DNA from: Tubulanus polymorphus
Taxonomy: Eukaryota; Animalia; Nemertea
DNA length: 64,000 bases
Direction of reading: 5' to 3'
Assembly: GCF_964204645.1 (NCBI RefSeq)
Contig: NC_134031.1
Coordinates: 3,906,001 to 3,970,000, forward strand
The notes under the pieces were generated by a model. It was not told the DNA's origin and made no database searches. It worked only from the letters and a program-made list of their open reading frames with translations. This document shows, piece by piece, positions 13,201 to 28,200 of this stretch (position 1 is its first letter; each line of letters begins with the position of its first letter). Made by a program: the position numbers and the translations under genes.

Positions 13201-16200
13201 GAACAATTGAACCTTCGCTGCCACCATTATAATACGGTGCTGCTCCCAATCACCATTACGAGTATACTTGTAGGTTGGCACTGGAGCTGTTTTTGAATAT
13301 CAAAGTGATAGCAGTGATAGTAATTAATTCAATTTCTATTGTGCCCTTTCCACTGATACAATGTTCAAAGGTGCTCTCTATTAAATCGTTATCATTACCC
13401 CAAGCCTATAACTCTAATGCTAACCATGTATCAGTCATCTCTCCGCATATAACACGGATATGTCCAGTTCCTTGTTGTTGAACTGAATCCAGGGTCATGA
13501 ACTAACTGATATCGCCGGTACACATACCTGCTCGCACGTTATGAACATCCATTTCAGCCCGCCGGGCGCGCGGTTGATGTAAGTGCATACGCAATTCCAA
13601 TTCACTGACCAGTTCTTCAGACTTCGCCGTTACAACCAATCGACCTCGATCCATAGCCTCATCCACCCACTTATCCAAATGATTCAGAAAGTTTAATCGA
13701 ATCCTAAAAAATTGAAACGAGTTTATAGATTTTTCAGATTTAGCTTTTTAACATTCCAAATCGGCACCATAGAGAAAATAAGTGCAGGTTGACCACTTTT
13801 ATTTGACTTGGTTTGACTACTGACTGACTATTCCCTGATATGCACATTGTTTTTTTTTCAGACTCGATCGCCTAAGAATCCAATCAATTACCACAGTCAA
13901 ATACGTAAGACATAGACGGAAACTGTATCATTTTTTATGCGCCATCTAGCAATCTCAACAAATTCACCTGACTTTTCCATGATTTAAGCTTTTTACAAAA
14001 TTCCCCAACTTTTTCCTGATTTCCAGGTAAGTGGCGCCACCCTGTAGTGTGGTTTGTAAGGTGTTTCATCTTACCTTTTCTTGATATCAATGAATAGGTC
14101 GTGCGACATCGTTATACTCTGTAAGTACGGCGGGAGTGTTTCGGAATTTTCGCAAACCTCTCCATCTTCTTTATCCGCCTCTTCCTCTTTCGACGGTGGT
14201 AACTGCTTCTGAGATTCTGGAGGGATTCCATGCTCTCCGGCGACATTCAGAACATAAAACGCTGTTCCTCCAGTAGTTGACAGGATTTCTGCCATGGCTG
14301 CTGGGATCGGTGTTCCTCTTATCTATAAAATCGACAAAATTAGTGTAAACAACTATGGTGAACCTAGAATGAAGGTTTTACTGCAGTTTCTGTTTCAAAG
14401 AACGAATTAAAGTTTTGGTAATGGTGAGGCGAAGGTGATCGGTAAAGGGAGTTTTCGATTCAGGGATTTTCATGAGTGAAAAATAAATCAACCTTCCTCA
14501 CAATCCAAACCCATTCTACATAAATCCAGATGGAAATGGTTGAAATCATTGATTACAAAAATCTTGTCATAGAAATTACCCTTACAAAGGGTTCTTACGG
14601 GTTTCCCAATTTCATTTTCCATTCCTATTCTATAACCAGATTATGAATTTTCCATACCCATAAGTAACACATTGCCAACCTAGAACAGGTACAATGTAGA
14701 CCCATTAAAAGGATATAAGTGTCAATTATCAATACCATCGACAAACCTTTTCCATAAAGAACTAAAATATCCATACCTTTTCCAGGGACTGGAAAAAATT
14801 CCCATTTTCCAAAAATTTCCAAAACCCGGAAGAACCCTGCTTACAGGTATTACAATAATGTATATCGTAGAGTAACCCAAAAAGTATAGATGTAGTCTAT
14901 TTTTGTATTCTGTGAACATTAAGCTGAATAAACAAATGCTTGAAGTAGAGTTATTTTACGAATGACATTTCCAGAGAACTACCTTCCATGAATACAGCAA
15001 TCATTACATCACTGAGGCCCCGTACTCAATAACAAATAGTAACCATAGATTCTTTACATTTCATCACAACCCTCACTCAACATCAAACATTGACTTTACT
15101 TAATACTAAATCAACATCACATTCTGATTCAGTCAGTGAAATAATTGCGTTAACATAAACAAGCCCAACTATGTTGATAATTATGGGCCCTACAGGTTTT
15201 TTAGCCGTCACACATTACTAATGCTACCTCCAATTAGGCAGTTAATAGTATTTTCATACGAAATGAAACATAATTGAGGTGTATACTTGAGTGCATACGA
15301 ACGCACAGCAGGAGAATCACAGTTACAGAAATATCGAGACTAATGAATGTTCTAAATTGAAGAAAAGAGTACCCGAATACACTTTAAGCTGGCATATTTC
15401 TGTAGGCCACCACGACAAACTATTTGGCTACTCTTTTGTTCGATTTCTACCATTTAAAACAATTCAGAATTAACGAAGGTTTATTCACGATTCTTTTAAT
15501 TGTATCAAAAAGCTTATCATTTCAACCTCATCAGTTCGGTTGAAAAGGGTCGCCAGAATGACATTTTTGTTATAATTTAGTTCTTGATGAATTGGTAGAG
15601 ACTCAGATGTTGCCTGTGGATTCACTTCTGATATTCATTAAGTAAAAGTTAAGGTCCAGGGACACCATGCCCACCACTGGTCTGATATTCATAATTGATC
15701 GAAGCGTCTTCAAAATTTCCCACGAAAACTTGATGGCCATTTTGATTTCGATCAGGCCAATTTCTGGGCTACAGATGCAGCTAGGGTAGATTCATATATA
15801 AAACAAATATTGAGACCATACGACAAAGCGTATCAGAAATTTCCTAAGAAAACAAGAATCTGTCTGCAGACGGAGGGACAGACGATGGACGGAAAGTGAA
15901 CGCAATAGCCGACTGGAACTAAAATCCCAAGTGGGCAAAAAAAACCAGCACTCATACGCAAACCACACTAGTAATTATCATAATAGCAACGGAAATAGCG
16001 TGCCGTACAATCATTTCAAAGAGTAGAAGAGAAAGTTAAATATTTGATGTGCCAGATGTGTGTACATATACACTGCCTACAAATACATAGTTATTAGATA
16101 GAATCGTCCAACAGTATACATATATATATATATATAGCGGTGAAAATTAATTAATAAACGCAAAAACTGAATTATATCGATATAACGCGAACATTGCACG

Positions 16201-19200
16201 GGAATGATTCATGCGTCCCTTTCTGTACGGGGAGTTAACGCGGAATTATTAGAAAAAAACTCGCCCGGCCGCCTCCCCGAGGCAAAGTAAAAGAATGTAA
16301 GGTGGGTTTCCATATCGAATGCGAATTCGGTATCGAATTCAACTTTCATATTAATAAGACCGCAGGCGAATCTACCGTTTTATAAAGTCTCATTGTCTAC
16401 GAATCTAAACGATAACCATGGTAACTGAAAAATCGGCGAATACACCTCGATTATGATCGAGGAAAGTGGAGCATAGAACAGGAAACTCAAGAGAAATATC
16501 GGTAAGCATCACGAGTATGTAAGTAAATAAAAGCAGTCGCTAAGTCGTGATTTGACTTGAGTATATAGATGGGTAAGAGGTCTGAATTCATTAGATTAGG
16601 CTTAAATGAAACGATTGATACCTTGTTTCTCATAAATGGCTGAGTTTTTTAAACTGCGATAAAATTTGTAATCAGTTCATTTCTATAACTGTCGGGTGTC
16701 TGTTACGCTAAGCTTGATAATGATTTTCGAATAAGAAGCAATGTCCAGGGTAGATAGCCGGCCGGGTCAATTTTTAATCCTACAGACAAAATGAGAAACA
16801 AGGTATCAATATTTTAGCCTTAGATATTGAACTGAAATTTTAACTGAAATTAGCGCCATAGACTGATATCAGAGTTAAATTCGCGACTTCGAAACAGATC
16901 CTTCACATTCCTGTTTTCATTCCCAACTCAATAAGTCAGTACTTCGTGCAGACTTCGAATAGGGGAGGATATCATTGAGTAAAAGGTCGCGCTGAATTTC
17001 AACGGATTTAAGAATGGAAATCTTAACGACGTAGGAAAACACTTTTTCGTGCGTGATAAAAGATAACAACATCTATCATCATCGCACGTTTGCTTGATAA
17101 ACACAGCGGAAAGGCAGCGCGGGTAACTATTGGATACTACTCATTCACAGTGAAACAGTAGGAAGATCGAGTGCACATAATTCCACAATCTCCATCATCA
17201 CGCGGATCATGGATCACTATCGACACCGACGACATAGTTTCATACTTTGTAAGTTTTTCATTTGACGCAGGAGTTAATAAATAAGTTCGAATAATTCTGG
17301 ATACAATACCGATCACGGTAAGTTGCAAATTTGATAATATAGGGAGTCGAAATTATTGACTGCGGGAGTTCCACCGTTTGATCTGTGTATGAACACAATT
17401 CAACAGTTGTGGAAAGCATTAGCCGGGATCATACAGAGATGATTTTGCCTGTATCAAATTTGGCCTGTGCCTAATAAGCGAGGGCATTCACACGTAATCC
17501 AATCACTCAAATACTCAATAGTGCTTAAACCGTGGAGTGAATCTCTTCCAGAACCTGGAACCTGTGGCAATTCACACGCAATAATTTGGCCCGTGCTAAA
17601 ATTTGGCTTGAGCCTGGTCCAATGTTTCTGGTTTGGCCTTGATGCAGTCTGAATGTGGTACTGCCTGAATGTCCTTATCAAATTGAATTGCCCTGAATAA
17701 TTTGTAAGACCCTCAGATCTCGTCTTGCCAAACCCTGAATTACTGCCGTGCCTCCAATTGTCGTATTACATGTACTGGCAACCGATTAATATCACGTCTC
17801 TGTCACCAAACCAGTTTTTTTTTGATGTTGTGAATTTTTTCACAAACAGGTTTTCAGTATACTATATTAGGCCATATAAGACAATAAGTGGTATTTTTAT
17901 ATCATTTGTCGTATGACGATATGTTTAAGCATTCTCCACACACTAATGTTTGGAGTAAGTCGGCAAGTATACTATACTATACATTCATATATACGTACTA
18001 TTGTGTATGGAGACAAGACGTTCAGCAAATATCAATTGGGCAATTTGATATTTGGAGACTCTACAGCGAAGGTAATGGTCAGTATTCAAGAATAATCCAC
18101 ATTTACTAGCTTTGTAAAAAGCAATTCAACGTTTGAATTACACGTAATACTAGCAAGCTATCTACTAGAAATATTCTAACCCTTTCAGTGCTGACTAATT
18201 AATACCCTATAGTGCCGGAGATAATTTGAAAATTCTAAAAAATTCCACCCTAGTGAGTTGAACTACGGGAATAACACTACAGTGCGTCTACACTGGGGTG
18301 CGGTGTATCGTTAGTTACTAGTATTTCACTATGTTTGACACGTGCTGCCATTTTTCAAGAGGGATGCATACTAATTACTAATTACATCAATACACCGCAG
18401 TGCGGTGTACTAGCAAAATCTATCACCGATTTATACATTGCACTACGGTGTAGACGCACTAAAAGGGTTAAGCATTTTCCTCTGTATACGAGAATCATGT
18501 TTTCAACTTTGAAATACAAACGATCGATTTCTAAAAATGATTTTTTAAATAAACAAATCAAATGCGACTTCCTCAAATGTACGATTAATGCTCCTCAAAA
18601 TTAAAATCTATTCTCGATAGAACTTTAGCCAGAGGGCCTTCCTTTGGACTCTGCGTTAACTCTAAAAAAATCTCATTTTCAATCGAATAGTAAACTAGCA
18701 ATATCAAGGGAAACTACCAGGGTCCAGTTCCAAAGTTAAGATTTGACTCTGGGTTAAAACATTGAAAATGAACTAACTTAAACTCAGAGTTAACTCTAAC
18801 TCACAACTGTGGAACTGGGTCCAGTACGTTATTTTCAATGCATGTACGCCTAATTCACGTAAAAAGTCTGGTACATATTTATAAGTGTATATAATTATAC
18901 CGGGTTCAACCTGTCTTGACATTATATTTGAATCGAAAAGAGGAAACAGTTTCTCTCTTATTTCTATAGAACGACTAGAATTCAACCGTCGCAAATCGAT
19001 TCATAGCTGCTAATATCGAGTAACTATTTGATTTGTCACTCCTTACATAATGTACATATGTCCATATTGATCAAAACAATGTTGCTACATATGTACCACG
19101 ACACATATGACGCTAGACTCTTCAATATATGGATCACTTAAAAACGCCATCCGGGGGTGCTTTAAACTCAACTAGCGGCTTCATTTTTCAATAAATTTCT

Positions 19201-22200
19201 TAGTTGAAATGGGACCTGTATACCACCGCATAAATAAAATGCCTGTGCATATCTAGTGCGATTATTAATGCATGGCTTTCTGCGATACAACAAACTAGAA
19301 TACATATGTTGTTATAGATACAGTCAATCCCGTTTAATCCAGATCAGTTTAATCTGGATTTCGATCTAATCCGGATATTATCTACGATCCAACTATACTC
19401 TAAACACTTATGCAGATTTCTTATAAACTGGATGAATTTTCATGGACGGATTTGGGGCGTACCAGGTAGACTAGAACAGCCCCCTCAATTCAAATGTGCC
19501 TTCCAAAAAAGCGGGATTGATAAATTCTTTTTTGCACAGAAAATTTTCAAAAGATGGAAAATAAATCCAAATGGCCCCTGTTAAAGCCCGGAAATGGTCC
19601 AAAATTTCCTGTGGGAGGGCCACCAGAACCCCACCACAATTTTTCTCATTTGCAGCCCTCGCATTGCCAAATTTGCCCTTTTCAAATTGAGTGCCTGTTC
19701 CATCTTTCAGGTCGACCCCTTCCAAACAAAAGATCCGCCCTTGATTTCATAGATCCAACATGATCGGAATTAAGTTGGGTTCTACTGTCTGTGTACTGTA
19801 TTTACGTTTATTTTTCAGCCAACGATATCAAAATGAGCGACGAATAACGGTTCGAAAAAAGCCTTGAATTCCGAGAATACGAGATGGGAAAAATATCGAA
19901 ATTAGAAATACAACTGTCGCACGATATCGACGAGCATTATCATTATAACCCGGGCGAACAGATCGAAGGATGCATCCTACTGGGAATAACCGATTTGTTT
20001 CACTTGAAATCGCTGAGCGTCACGGTAACCGGCATGGGATCGGTCAGTTGGACGGACAGCGAACAAAACACCTACCAGGCTCAGGAGAACTACGTCGATA
20101 ATACGATACAGGTGGCGCCGGTGGTCGATTACGGCGTAACGGAACTATCCGTCGGAATACACGAATTCAAGTTCGCGTACGAGCTGCAAACCGATTTGCC
20201 GTCGTCGTTCATCGGCAAATTCGGCAGCATCACGTACGTTCTGAAAGTCTCCGTGAAAGAGGACTCGAAGTACGGCATCGCGTCGATACTGACGAGCGAA
20301 CCGTTCCTCGTGTTGAACCGTCAGAGTCTGTCGGCGTTCATCGACAACAAGTCGTTGACGTCGAAGTTTGAACGGCGGCTGTGGTCGAAGTCGCTGCGCA
20401 GCGGCAAAATCTCCGTCATTTTGACCGTCGACAAAAGCGTCTACAGCCCCGGCGAGGAGATCGTCATGAACGCCGAAATTCTCAACCGCAGCCCGAAACT
20501 CATTCACGGCTTGACGGCGATGCTCCTCATGCACAGCACGTTCTCCGCCCAGAATCATAAACACACGCATATACAAGTAGTCAGTAAACGGCGCGACAAC
20601 TGGCAGCTGTCGCACGGCGAGGGCCGGCGCTGGAAAGACGCGGCGATCACGATACCGACGTACGCGCCCGAATCGCGACTAGACGGCTGCGACATCATCG
20701 ACGTGTCGTACGAACTGATCCTACGCGTCGACACCGCCGAGAAAAAAGAGATCAAAGTCGTCGTTCCGATCGCGATCTTTCCGAAAGAGGGCACGAAAAT
20801 AACGAACGGCGACGCGGCGATGGTCGACTTCGGCGATACGTTCAAAAGCGGCGCGACGAGCCATTTGACGTTGGATCGCGCGACGCTGCAGAAAATACCG
20901 CTCGATAAACTGTTACAATTACAATGCGACGATAACGAGTTGAGTTACGAACGTCCGATCGATGACGGAACGCTACGTATAAATCCGTTATATAATTCAT
21001 TACTACCCGAACAAGCCGTTAATAAAGAAGATGCCGTTACACCTCTATAGAGTTCTTGAAGCCGCGAGCTTCATCCCCGTCACATCCCTGTGACTACGCC
21101 ATATCGGTGGTCAACAAGTGAAGATCCAGCCTGTTACCGCTTGAGTTAGCGATACTCACAGATTTTTCGACATGTTTTAAGAACGAGATTATTTTCAAAC
21201 TTCAAACACCGGAGATGATCTTATTTTCAAAATGCATGTAATAAACTTTGTCTATGTTCTTTTATTGTAAGTCGTTCAACTTTTTGGATAAGTTGGAACG
21301 ATTCGTGGAAAATTTAATCTAACGTGTACACGAATTCTCAGAAAAGAAAAACATGAATTAGAATAATATTGGTCATTATGATATAATTGATGTAATATGG
21401 GCATTTTGGGATTTTTTAACACTGATAATGTTTGCCAAAACCTTTGAATGTAACTAAATACAACATTTGCCAATTGAACCAATAAGGAATTAACATAGCT
21501 ATGTTCAAATCCAATCCGTAATATGACAAATATAGCTTCAACCAAATAATTTGGTAAGTGGATTTCTGTCCGGTATCCCAAAAATGTGAACTGGGTCAAG
21601 GATCTGGAATCATTGTAACCTATTTCTCAAAAGAAGTAAAAAGCTGTCAAACCTTACAAGGTGCGTAATACTAGCGATATCGATATTTCATGCATGAGTC
21701 GTGCTTCAGAATGTTTACTTAAAATTTAATGGGATGTCAGTCAATTTTATGCCAAGAAATCAGTCAAGTTGTACTATTAATAGGGTTTTACATCAGTTGC
21801 ATATACCGGGAACGATTACTGTTATGATACTTCAGGTAATAACACAAGGCACTGGGTGGGAATACTGAAATAATCATTATATGGTTATTACTAAGTGCTC
21901 ATTATAGAACTAATAGCATGACATTTCTGGTAGCAGATACTAAGACTGTCCCCGTAACCTGTTCAAAAAATGCGAACATAGAATTTGATAAGTTAAAACT
22001 GACTACATACAAAGTTTAAATAATCAAAAGCAAAATTTATTTATCAAAAATTAAAATCATAAGACACAACGTTTTGAACGTCACTAAAGATCATCGTCAG
22101 GTGCGACGTGATATTTCCCCTGTCAATAATCTCTAGCGAGAATTCGAAACCTTGTATCTTGTGATTTTAATTTTTGATGAATAAAATTCGCTTTTAATCT

Positions 22201-25200
22201 TTTAAACTTTGTAGATAGTGGGTTTTAAACTGATTATCTATTCTCCACGTCTGAGTCTACGGGACTATTGTACTAATATGGGATTTAATCTAACAAAGAA
22301 AACATATGGATACAGGATGCCCACCCCCAAATAATGCCCCTTAGTCCTTTTTGCCTCGGCTATCTTCCATAATACAAGATGAGCTAACATTAATGTTAGG
22401 CTGTTGTTTCAATGGCATATTGTATTGTAAATTGTATTCATTATAAGTGATGATTGTTATAAACTGCTATCATTCTTTAGAATTGTGATATCATTTTCAT
22501 TGAATAAATCGATTTTGTCAATTAATAGAAATAAAGCTATTTCGATAAAAAAATATCTCTGTTTCCCAACCAAATCTTATAGATAGATGTGTCAGAATTG
22601 AACATCATCCCACAACTCATGGCATTATTAGCAGGTTCCAGGATTTTTTCCCTCATGGGAAAAAAGAACTGTCGACTAAGCCTTGCAAGATATTTGAAAT
22701 CCTAAATTGCCTAATCTGTAGGATCCCTGCCAAGAAACTCTGCCGTCACAAGGATTAGAACCAATCCAACCAGACAAGTGAAATGAGAATATGAAAGCAT
22801 AAGGATTTTGCGTGAAACTCAATATCCAAGCAAATGGCGAAAAAACAAAAAGCGTGAACACAAATTTATGAAATAAACGTGATCAACAGTGAAACCTCTA
22901 AAGCTAAATCAAACCGATAATACTCACAATATCTGCATACTAATAAAAAAGTAAAATGACGCACATTGGAACAATGTTACTCTTGGAAATTAATTCTTTC
23001 AAGTAGCCAAGCAATAGGTTCTAAGAGGCAGGATTTATGAAAATTTGGAAATTCAACAGTACTTACTGCATCTTCTTCAGCTACTTTCTTCTTTTTCTTT
23101 TTCTTGGAATGTGGAGTTGGGCTGGTTGGTTCTCCAGTGTCTGACAGGTCGCTCGTCTGCTGTTTCAGATCATTCACTTTTAAACGCTAGAAATAACAAT
23201 AATCATTTTCTAGAACAGGATTTTAGATGATGCTATTCATGAGATACTTTCCCAGTAGGTTCTGGTATTTGGGGCCATACATAGCGAGGGTCATTTCACT
23301 ACCAGTAATGACGGATTGTGGCGCTTATTTGAAATATGCTGACCTTAAATGTTGACCAAACTAAAAATTTCACATGCCATATTTGCCACCCTGACCACGT
23401 CAATTGCATGCATTGCCATACCTCACTCAATATTTAGAAATTTGGAACCTATTTGGCCGAAAGAATCTCTCTGGCTCAAGGGCTAAAAATTTCTTTTTCA
23501 GTTCATCGCTCCAAAAACATATCAAACGAGCTATATATTTTACCTGTTCAACTCGGTCTACGCCGAAAAATCGACAGGTGGCGTTGTCGTACTTATCAAT
23601 TTCATTCGCTACCATTCCTGGATATCCGCGTACAATATGCAACTGTTCCTGATGAAACTGTTCGTAACTTTAAAAAGAAAATTCAGACAAACTTGAATAT
23701 GAAGTTGATGTGATATCTTTTAGGTACAGGATCTTTAGACTCCTCCGTGATGTTATCGTTAGAAGTTTTGCTTCGGTTGCAAATTACTAACCCCATTTTG
23801 ATTTTATCTAACATATCAAGCGCTCTCTTCAGGCTGTCTTTAAGTCCTTGTTCGTTTGCTTCTTGTCTCAATTTATCCATCATCATATCTAACACGGCCT
23901 CTCGCTCCTAACAATGAGAAATGCACTAGATCAACATTGGAAGGCTGGGGTCCAGAAGAAAAGGCATTTTTCCTTTAACAGTTAAAGGCCACTAGCGGGC
24001 TCCTTCCCTATATTTCAAGATATTTCTAAAGATATACGTCCTAAAAGATGCAAATTTTGAGAGCGTCAGATTTGCAGGTTTTAAACTATGTCTTGACGAA
24101 AAGACCAACCTTAGTGGGAAGGCAGGGGTCTGGACCACAGGACCACCCCCTAAATAAATCATTTATTGTCTAGTTGAATATTCATTGACAAAGTAAAAAT
24201 ATTTGAATCCCACTGTAGTACCGTATTTGAGCATCATACCTGATTTTCATTGTCATGCTTTTTTCGGCAGTTTTCAAGTCTCTCCAGCAGGTTGCGCTCT
24301 TGCTTGGCTAAGCCTATTTCGTGGACATCCCAGATGTGCGCCGAACCTTGCGCGAACTTAAACAGCGACTTAAGCTGCTGCATAACTTCACGATTTTGAT
24401 TCTCCAATGATTTCTGCAATTCAGAAAAGTCAGAAACAAGATTTCACTGAAAAGTGGAATTGAGTATTTTGCCACTTCCAACATGTGCAAGTTTTGCCAC
24501 TTCCATTGCTTTTAGGTGCTATACTTTAGCTTCATACTGATAGACTTTCACACCTCAGAACCTCCACTAAAAAAACGCGAATATTTGCAATTTGTATCCA
24601 AAGAGTTCAGTAAGACATCATACAGAATATCTTATCTACAAGTCTGCTCCGATGCATAACAATGCCATCCAGAATATAGGCCTACAAGGAGGAGCATATC
24701 AACTTACATCCATTTTTTCAAGAGTCGCTTCAAATATGCGTTGACGTTCACCAATCTGAGGCAAAAAATGTTGTGTTACGACAACATTTGCTTGTTTCTC
24801 AGTAGAAATTCCTTTCCTGATCAAGTCATCCTGAAAAACAACAACAAAAATTCAGTAACCTTTCAGTAACCTTTTATGCGTTCAGCAACCTTTCCGTTAC
24901 TTTTTACCTTTGTATTTTCGACGACTTCCAAACACTGCTGGCAAACGTGTTCATATTCGATGTAAAGTTTCTGCAAGTATTCCTGGTTGACTTGATCGAT
25001 CTGCTTTGTGACTTCTACGATGCTTTGATTCCATTTGTAAACTGATGATTTGGTCGACGTCGGCGGACCCATTTCACTAGAATTAGACATGCACAGTATA
25101 TAGGCCCCTATATAATATAGTTATATCCATCAACAGAATTAGTAACAGTTAACCTCGCCTTACTCAGACATGTCCAATTCAGACTTTCGACTAATTCCGA

Positions 25201-28200
25201 CAAAAACAGAATAATTTTTTGTGATTTCCAAATTTATCCTCCCTATCTTTAACTCGACTTCGCTTACCTCTGACCCATTTTACCAGTCTCAGTTTGTCCA
25301 AGTTGGACGAGGTTTACTGTATTATTATCAAACATGGAACATGGAAATTATGAATGATGAAAATATTTACAGTAATGTTTCAACGAAGTCGATTCTTTTT
25401 TTGTTCAATGTTTCTTGTTCTGCAATCAATAGTTTCATAATGCTCTCTACTTTCTCTGGTTTAGTCACCAAATCACTCTCCATATATTTGCTAGAAAAGA
25501 ATTAAAACAATAATTCATAGATTAATTATAAGTAGACCCCCGGTAATGGCTAACAATTTGTAGCATTTTTTTACCACTGAGTATTCAATTAGGTCTTAGT
25601 TATTTACCCTTTCGATGAGTATGGCCAATAAGGATAAAATTACAGCCACAGGACTTTCTCAAGCAGTTCTTTATTCCGAAAAGAAAAATTATTCTACCAA
25701 AAAAGCATATTTATGTTGGCTTGTCCTAAGCAGAACATAGAATTTTGGACAAGGGCAATAAAGAGCCAGAATGCCAAAACAGTACTATTGCCTCAAATTT
25801 CCTTTTGACACTCTAACATGATTCCTAGCAACCCTGCCTGTCTGCCTGCTTCATATTTGAGCGGCCTACATCTCTACGTACGTGAATTGTTTAATGGCGG
25901 CTTCTGTGTTCAGGTTTTTCCAATCTTCAAAACGCGACGTCCAGTACGTATGCTGCTTACGTTCTCGGTCTATATCTGCAGTCATTAATCGTTTGTATAG
26001 ATCAGCGTACGCTCGTTTGTTGCTCAAAACTGTCTGGTTTATCGCCTATAAAAGTATAGAAGATACAAACTCATATATCGGTAACTGACTTTATACGATT
26101 AACCTTAGAGGTCTTAGTTGGGACCATTACATTGTATTATGCAGATGAATTAAAATTGCAATGGATAAGGCTATGTATTTCGAATGTTTTTCACCTGTGA
26201 CTCTGTATCGAGATATCTCTGTAGGTCAGGAGCCATCAAATGGGCGATGTGGCGCAAAGTTTCCGAATATGATGAAAATATCGAACGGATCTGAAACATG
26301 AGCGAAAAATTATGAAAATTTGAAATTATGTTCATGAAAAAAGTTACTCATACTTCTTCACCAATAAAGTTGCCATGACCAACAAATCCGATGACACCAT
26401 AACTTCATAAAGTGAATTTCCACATACAATATTTTGGTCAACGAAGGTATTTCATGATTATCTTACCATTTGGATGCGATCAGCTTCTAACTGTGTCGTA
26501 GTTTTATCGAGTTCATTGATCCAATCTTGTCTGATCTCGGATTGTTCTTGGATTTGACTCCACAGATTGTGCAACTGATCCTGAGAAAACTCAATGATAT
26601 CCTGTAAATGAAAAATATGGCGTTATGTACCCATAACCACAGAATAAACTAATACAGAATAAAACAGGCTTCCGAAGCCTATTTTATTCTGTATTAATTC
26701 ATTTCCACTTTGAATCGTAAATGTTACCTCATCTTTCTCAATTTGAGCCAGTAAGCGCTCTATTTCACGATCACTTTCAGATAAACAACTCAATAAATGT
26801 TCACTGGCATCAACGATACGGGGCTCCAATTCCTTAAGTAAGAAAACCAATAAATAGTAATTTTTCCATGCACTGGTACTTATTCATCACAGACTCTTTG
26901 GATCCATATCTGTATTTTCGTTTGTCTTATGATGTATTGACAGAATACATATCACATACATGCACATACCACATGAACATGAGATGTACCCCGTACTTAG
27001 TAATGATAAAATATGACTAATTTTAGGGCATTATATTGGTAAAATGTAAGGCCAGGGTATTCACTTACCAGACTGACCAGACCCAATTCCTGGTTCATAT
27101 CTTCAACAGTAGATTCATGTCTGAAAAAAAATAAACAATTTTGATGAAAATAATGCGAGAAAATCAGCAACAAAACAGAATAATACGACCAACATCTTAC
27201 ACACCGTTCTCTCCTGCATTCAGCAATACGGTCAATGATATCCGATCCAACTTTCGAGGGTACTACAGTTACGAAATACAAAGCACTTAAAATGACGTGA
27301 TTTGGATATTTCTTTTTTGTACAAAATGATTTGACTTCTGTCAATCGTTCTGAAGACAACTGTAACTTTCTTAAGACGAGAAGATACACAATATCCGTGT
27401 ATGATGATAACGAGAGAAATCCTACAATAATGAAGCCATTGAGTACTACGCCTGATGATGGCTAATAGCATTTAGCCGAAACGTTGCTCTTAATATAATC
27501 ATTTTGATATAGAACTTTTCATTTGCGGCTTCATTATTGTGGGATTTCTCTCATTGTAACTTTCTCGTTACACTACTGATGTTAGTATGAACTCAGTCTA
27601 AACAATATTCAAATATGCAAAATAATGTGACCATGAAATGACGCCTTCAAAGACGCTTTTGACTGAATCGCATTAAGCGCAATATGATTATATGGTCAGA
27701 GCTCAGTTTCTCAAAAAGAGTAACTCCTAAATCAATTAAATGTAGAGTTACTGATTGATACTTTTTTTTTATATTTAGGTCATGGGGAAATCAATTTCTT
27801 TGAATCGTTAAACTTACCAACAACGTCGGGCAAATTTTCAACCTCTCGTCCCACAACTGAACTTTCCGGTTCTCGTGTTTGTACTTTTACGAACTCCGTA
27901 ACTTGCCTAGGAAAATTCAACACAAGATTGACAAGTTGAGCATTGATAACGAAGTAGGCAGCAGAATTTATTATAACGTTTTATCGGAAAATTTGCGATT
28001 CGGAAACAAAACCTTCTTTCAACCCTTTCAGTGTGTCTACACTGCAGTGTGATGTATAAATCGGCGATGACTATGCTAATACACCGCATCACGGTGTATT
28101 GATGTAGTCTGTAATTAGTTTTTATCTATATCGAAAGATGGCAGCGCTGGTGAAACATAAGTAACTAACGATACACCGCACTACAGTGTAGACTCGTTAA

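Noticed and set aside
15500-15630. Possible extra CCDC180 exon inside the large intron
   Set aside because: Weak splice sites, and the flanking exons already join in phase
20145-20845. Antisense ORFs of 156 and 96 aa over the arrestin, and similar ones over the last PSMD5 exon
   Set aside because: Expected shadow ORFs of GC/CpG-rich coding sequence; no motifs
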